Below, one piece after another: positions 31,613-32,353 of a DNA stretch of 32,353 nt. Positions within the stretch are counted from its first letter, which is position 1. Every line of letters starts with the position of its first letter. The stretch comes from Kiritimatiellia bacterium (GTDB lineage Bacteria; Verrucomicrobiota; Kiritimatiellia; RFP12; UBA3636). The notes beneath the pieces are model-generated. The model worked only from the letters and a program-made list of their open reading frames with translations, searched no databases and was not told where the DNA came from. The stretch lies in the NCBI GenBank assembly GCA_045642845.1, contig JAZUJQ010000267.1, positions 1-32,353 of the forward strand, read 5' to 3'. The position numbers and the translations under genes were made by a program.

Positions 31613-32353
31613 TCAGTGGTGGAACGTGCCGTCGAAGTTGGGGGCGAGGGGGCGGTTGGCGGGACGGTAGCCGATGACGATTTTACGGTTGCCGCCGGGA
31701 CGGACGGCGATGAAACGGAGGTTTTCGTCGACGGCGTACGGCCCGATTGACGCTCCGGAAGTTTTGCAGATCAGTCCCGGACGCCAGTTGTAGCGCAGAA
31801 CCAGTTCGGAATCCGGGTCGTCAGGTTCTATTTCAATGCGGTTTTCCCGCGCCGTGACTTTGGCCGAGCCGATCAGGCATTTCGCGGGTTCCGGAACTCC
31901 GATGCGTTTGTAAACGTAAATGTGCGTGCTCTGCTGCATGCGTTGATCGACGAGTTCGAACATGTTCGTTTCCGCATCGAAAAACGACTTGTTGCGGCTG
32001 TCGGTGACCGCCCAGTGAGTGATGCCGTAAGCGTCTGAAAAACGGGCGAAAAGTTCTTCGCTCCGGCGATAGAACTTCGGAGGGTAATTGCGCTCGGTCA
32101 GCCCCTTCGGGTACCCGTAATAATCGTCGGACATCATTTCACGTCCGGAAAGCACCGGCAGATACGTCGGCTTTCCCCATTCGAATTTGCAGTCGGTGAT
32201 TCCGGCGAAAGCGAAGCGTCCCTCAGGAGGCACGTTGCCGCGGATCCAATCCGCGAAGTCGTACACCGCTTCCTGCGCCGGCCAGAGTTTGAAGCCCGCC
32301 GAATTGCCGAAATGCGAAACCGCGACGCGTCCGCCGACGGCCAGCGCCGCCAG
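31613..32353 (-). CDS. Hypothetical protein, C-terminal part (the gene continues beyond the window)
   Basis: The frame stays open from 32353 down to the stop at 31613-31615. The 'M' at 32266 in the track is a GTG inside this open frame. The product looks soluble (DDYYGYPKGLTERNYPPKFY...), and I recognise no motif. Confidence 0.55.
   Translation of the reverse strand: MAALAVGGRVAVSHFGNSAGFKLWPAQEAVYDFADWIRGNVPPEGRFAFAGITDCKFEWGKPTYLPVLSGREMMSDDYYGYPKGLTERNYPPKFYRRSEELFARFSDAYGITHWAVTDSRNKSFFDAETNMFELVDQRMQQSTHIYVYKRIGVPEPAKCLIGSAKVTARENRIEIEPDDPDSELVLRYNWRPGLICKTSGASIGPYAVDENLRFIAVRPGGNRKIVIGYRPANRPLAPNFDGTFHH

Noticed and set aside
1-32353. Search by eye for CRISPR repeats, tandem repeats, IS or transposase and integrase genes, tRNA or rRNA genes, and toxin-antitoxin or defence-system genes
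   Set aside because: None found. Every long ORF is explained by polysaccharide biosynthesis or by shadow frames. The lone XRE gene has no adjacent toxin-like ORF. A computational repeat and tRNA scan (tRNAscan-SE, a CRISPR finder, self dot-plot) would be needed for certainty.

Overview
Nearly the whole window is one densely packed, visibly GC-rich locus for surface-polysaccharide biosynthesis (O-antigen, capsule or EPS type). It looks Wzx/Wzy-dependent. I call 30 CDS in five blocks of alternating strand: 2-607 (+), 616-11318 (-), 11458-16422 (+), 16518-24111 (-), 24507-31600 (+) and 31613-32353 (-, runs off the window).

Contents:
- About ten glycosyltransferases: GT25, two GT2, two GT4, a GT61/DUF563-like protein, two proteins with the fucosyltransferase-superfamily HxRxxD motif, a GtrB-like GT2 and a GT-C-like membrane protein.
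- A Wzx flippase and a Wzy-like polymerase.
- Tailoring enzymes: a left-handed beta-helix (hexapeptide-repeat) acetyltransferase, a GNAT, two DegT-family PLP enzymes, an ATP-grasp ligase and an SDR epimerase/dehydratase.
- An unusually rich set of phosphodiester (teichoic-acid-like) genes: a TagB/TagF-like CDP-glycerol glycerophosphotransferase, two LicD paralogues (one fused to a TagD-like cytidylyltransferase) and an IspD/TarI-like cytidylyltransferase. The IspD/TarI-like gene sits next to a D-2-hydroxyacid dehydrogenase and a long class II aldolase-like protein.

The parts that least resemble textbook pathways, and that I rank highest, are:
1. The cassette aldolase-like / 2-hydroxyacid dehydrogenase / cytidylyltransferase / LicD-cytidylyltransferase fusion (7050-11318). 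It may make and transfer an unidentified CDP-activated phospho-substituent.
2. An FrhB-like Fe-S flavoprotein whose 3' end overlaps the start of a 533-aa protein with no family I recognise (25389-28281).
3. A module of DegT, ATP-grasp, LicD, GNAT and a short DegT-like protein (11717-16422), headed by a small XRE-type HTH gene that may be leaderless.

I saw no rRNA, tRNA, CRISPR array, transposase or integrase. The window also lacks an initiating phosphoglycosyltransferase and any Wzz/Wza/Wzc export genes, so the locus probably extends beyond both edges.

All functional calls rest on motifs read by eye from the supplied translations. No database search was possible, and promoter and operator calls are weak consensus matches only.
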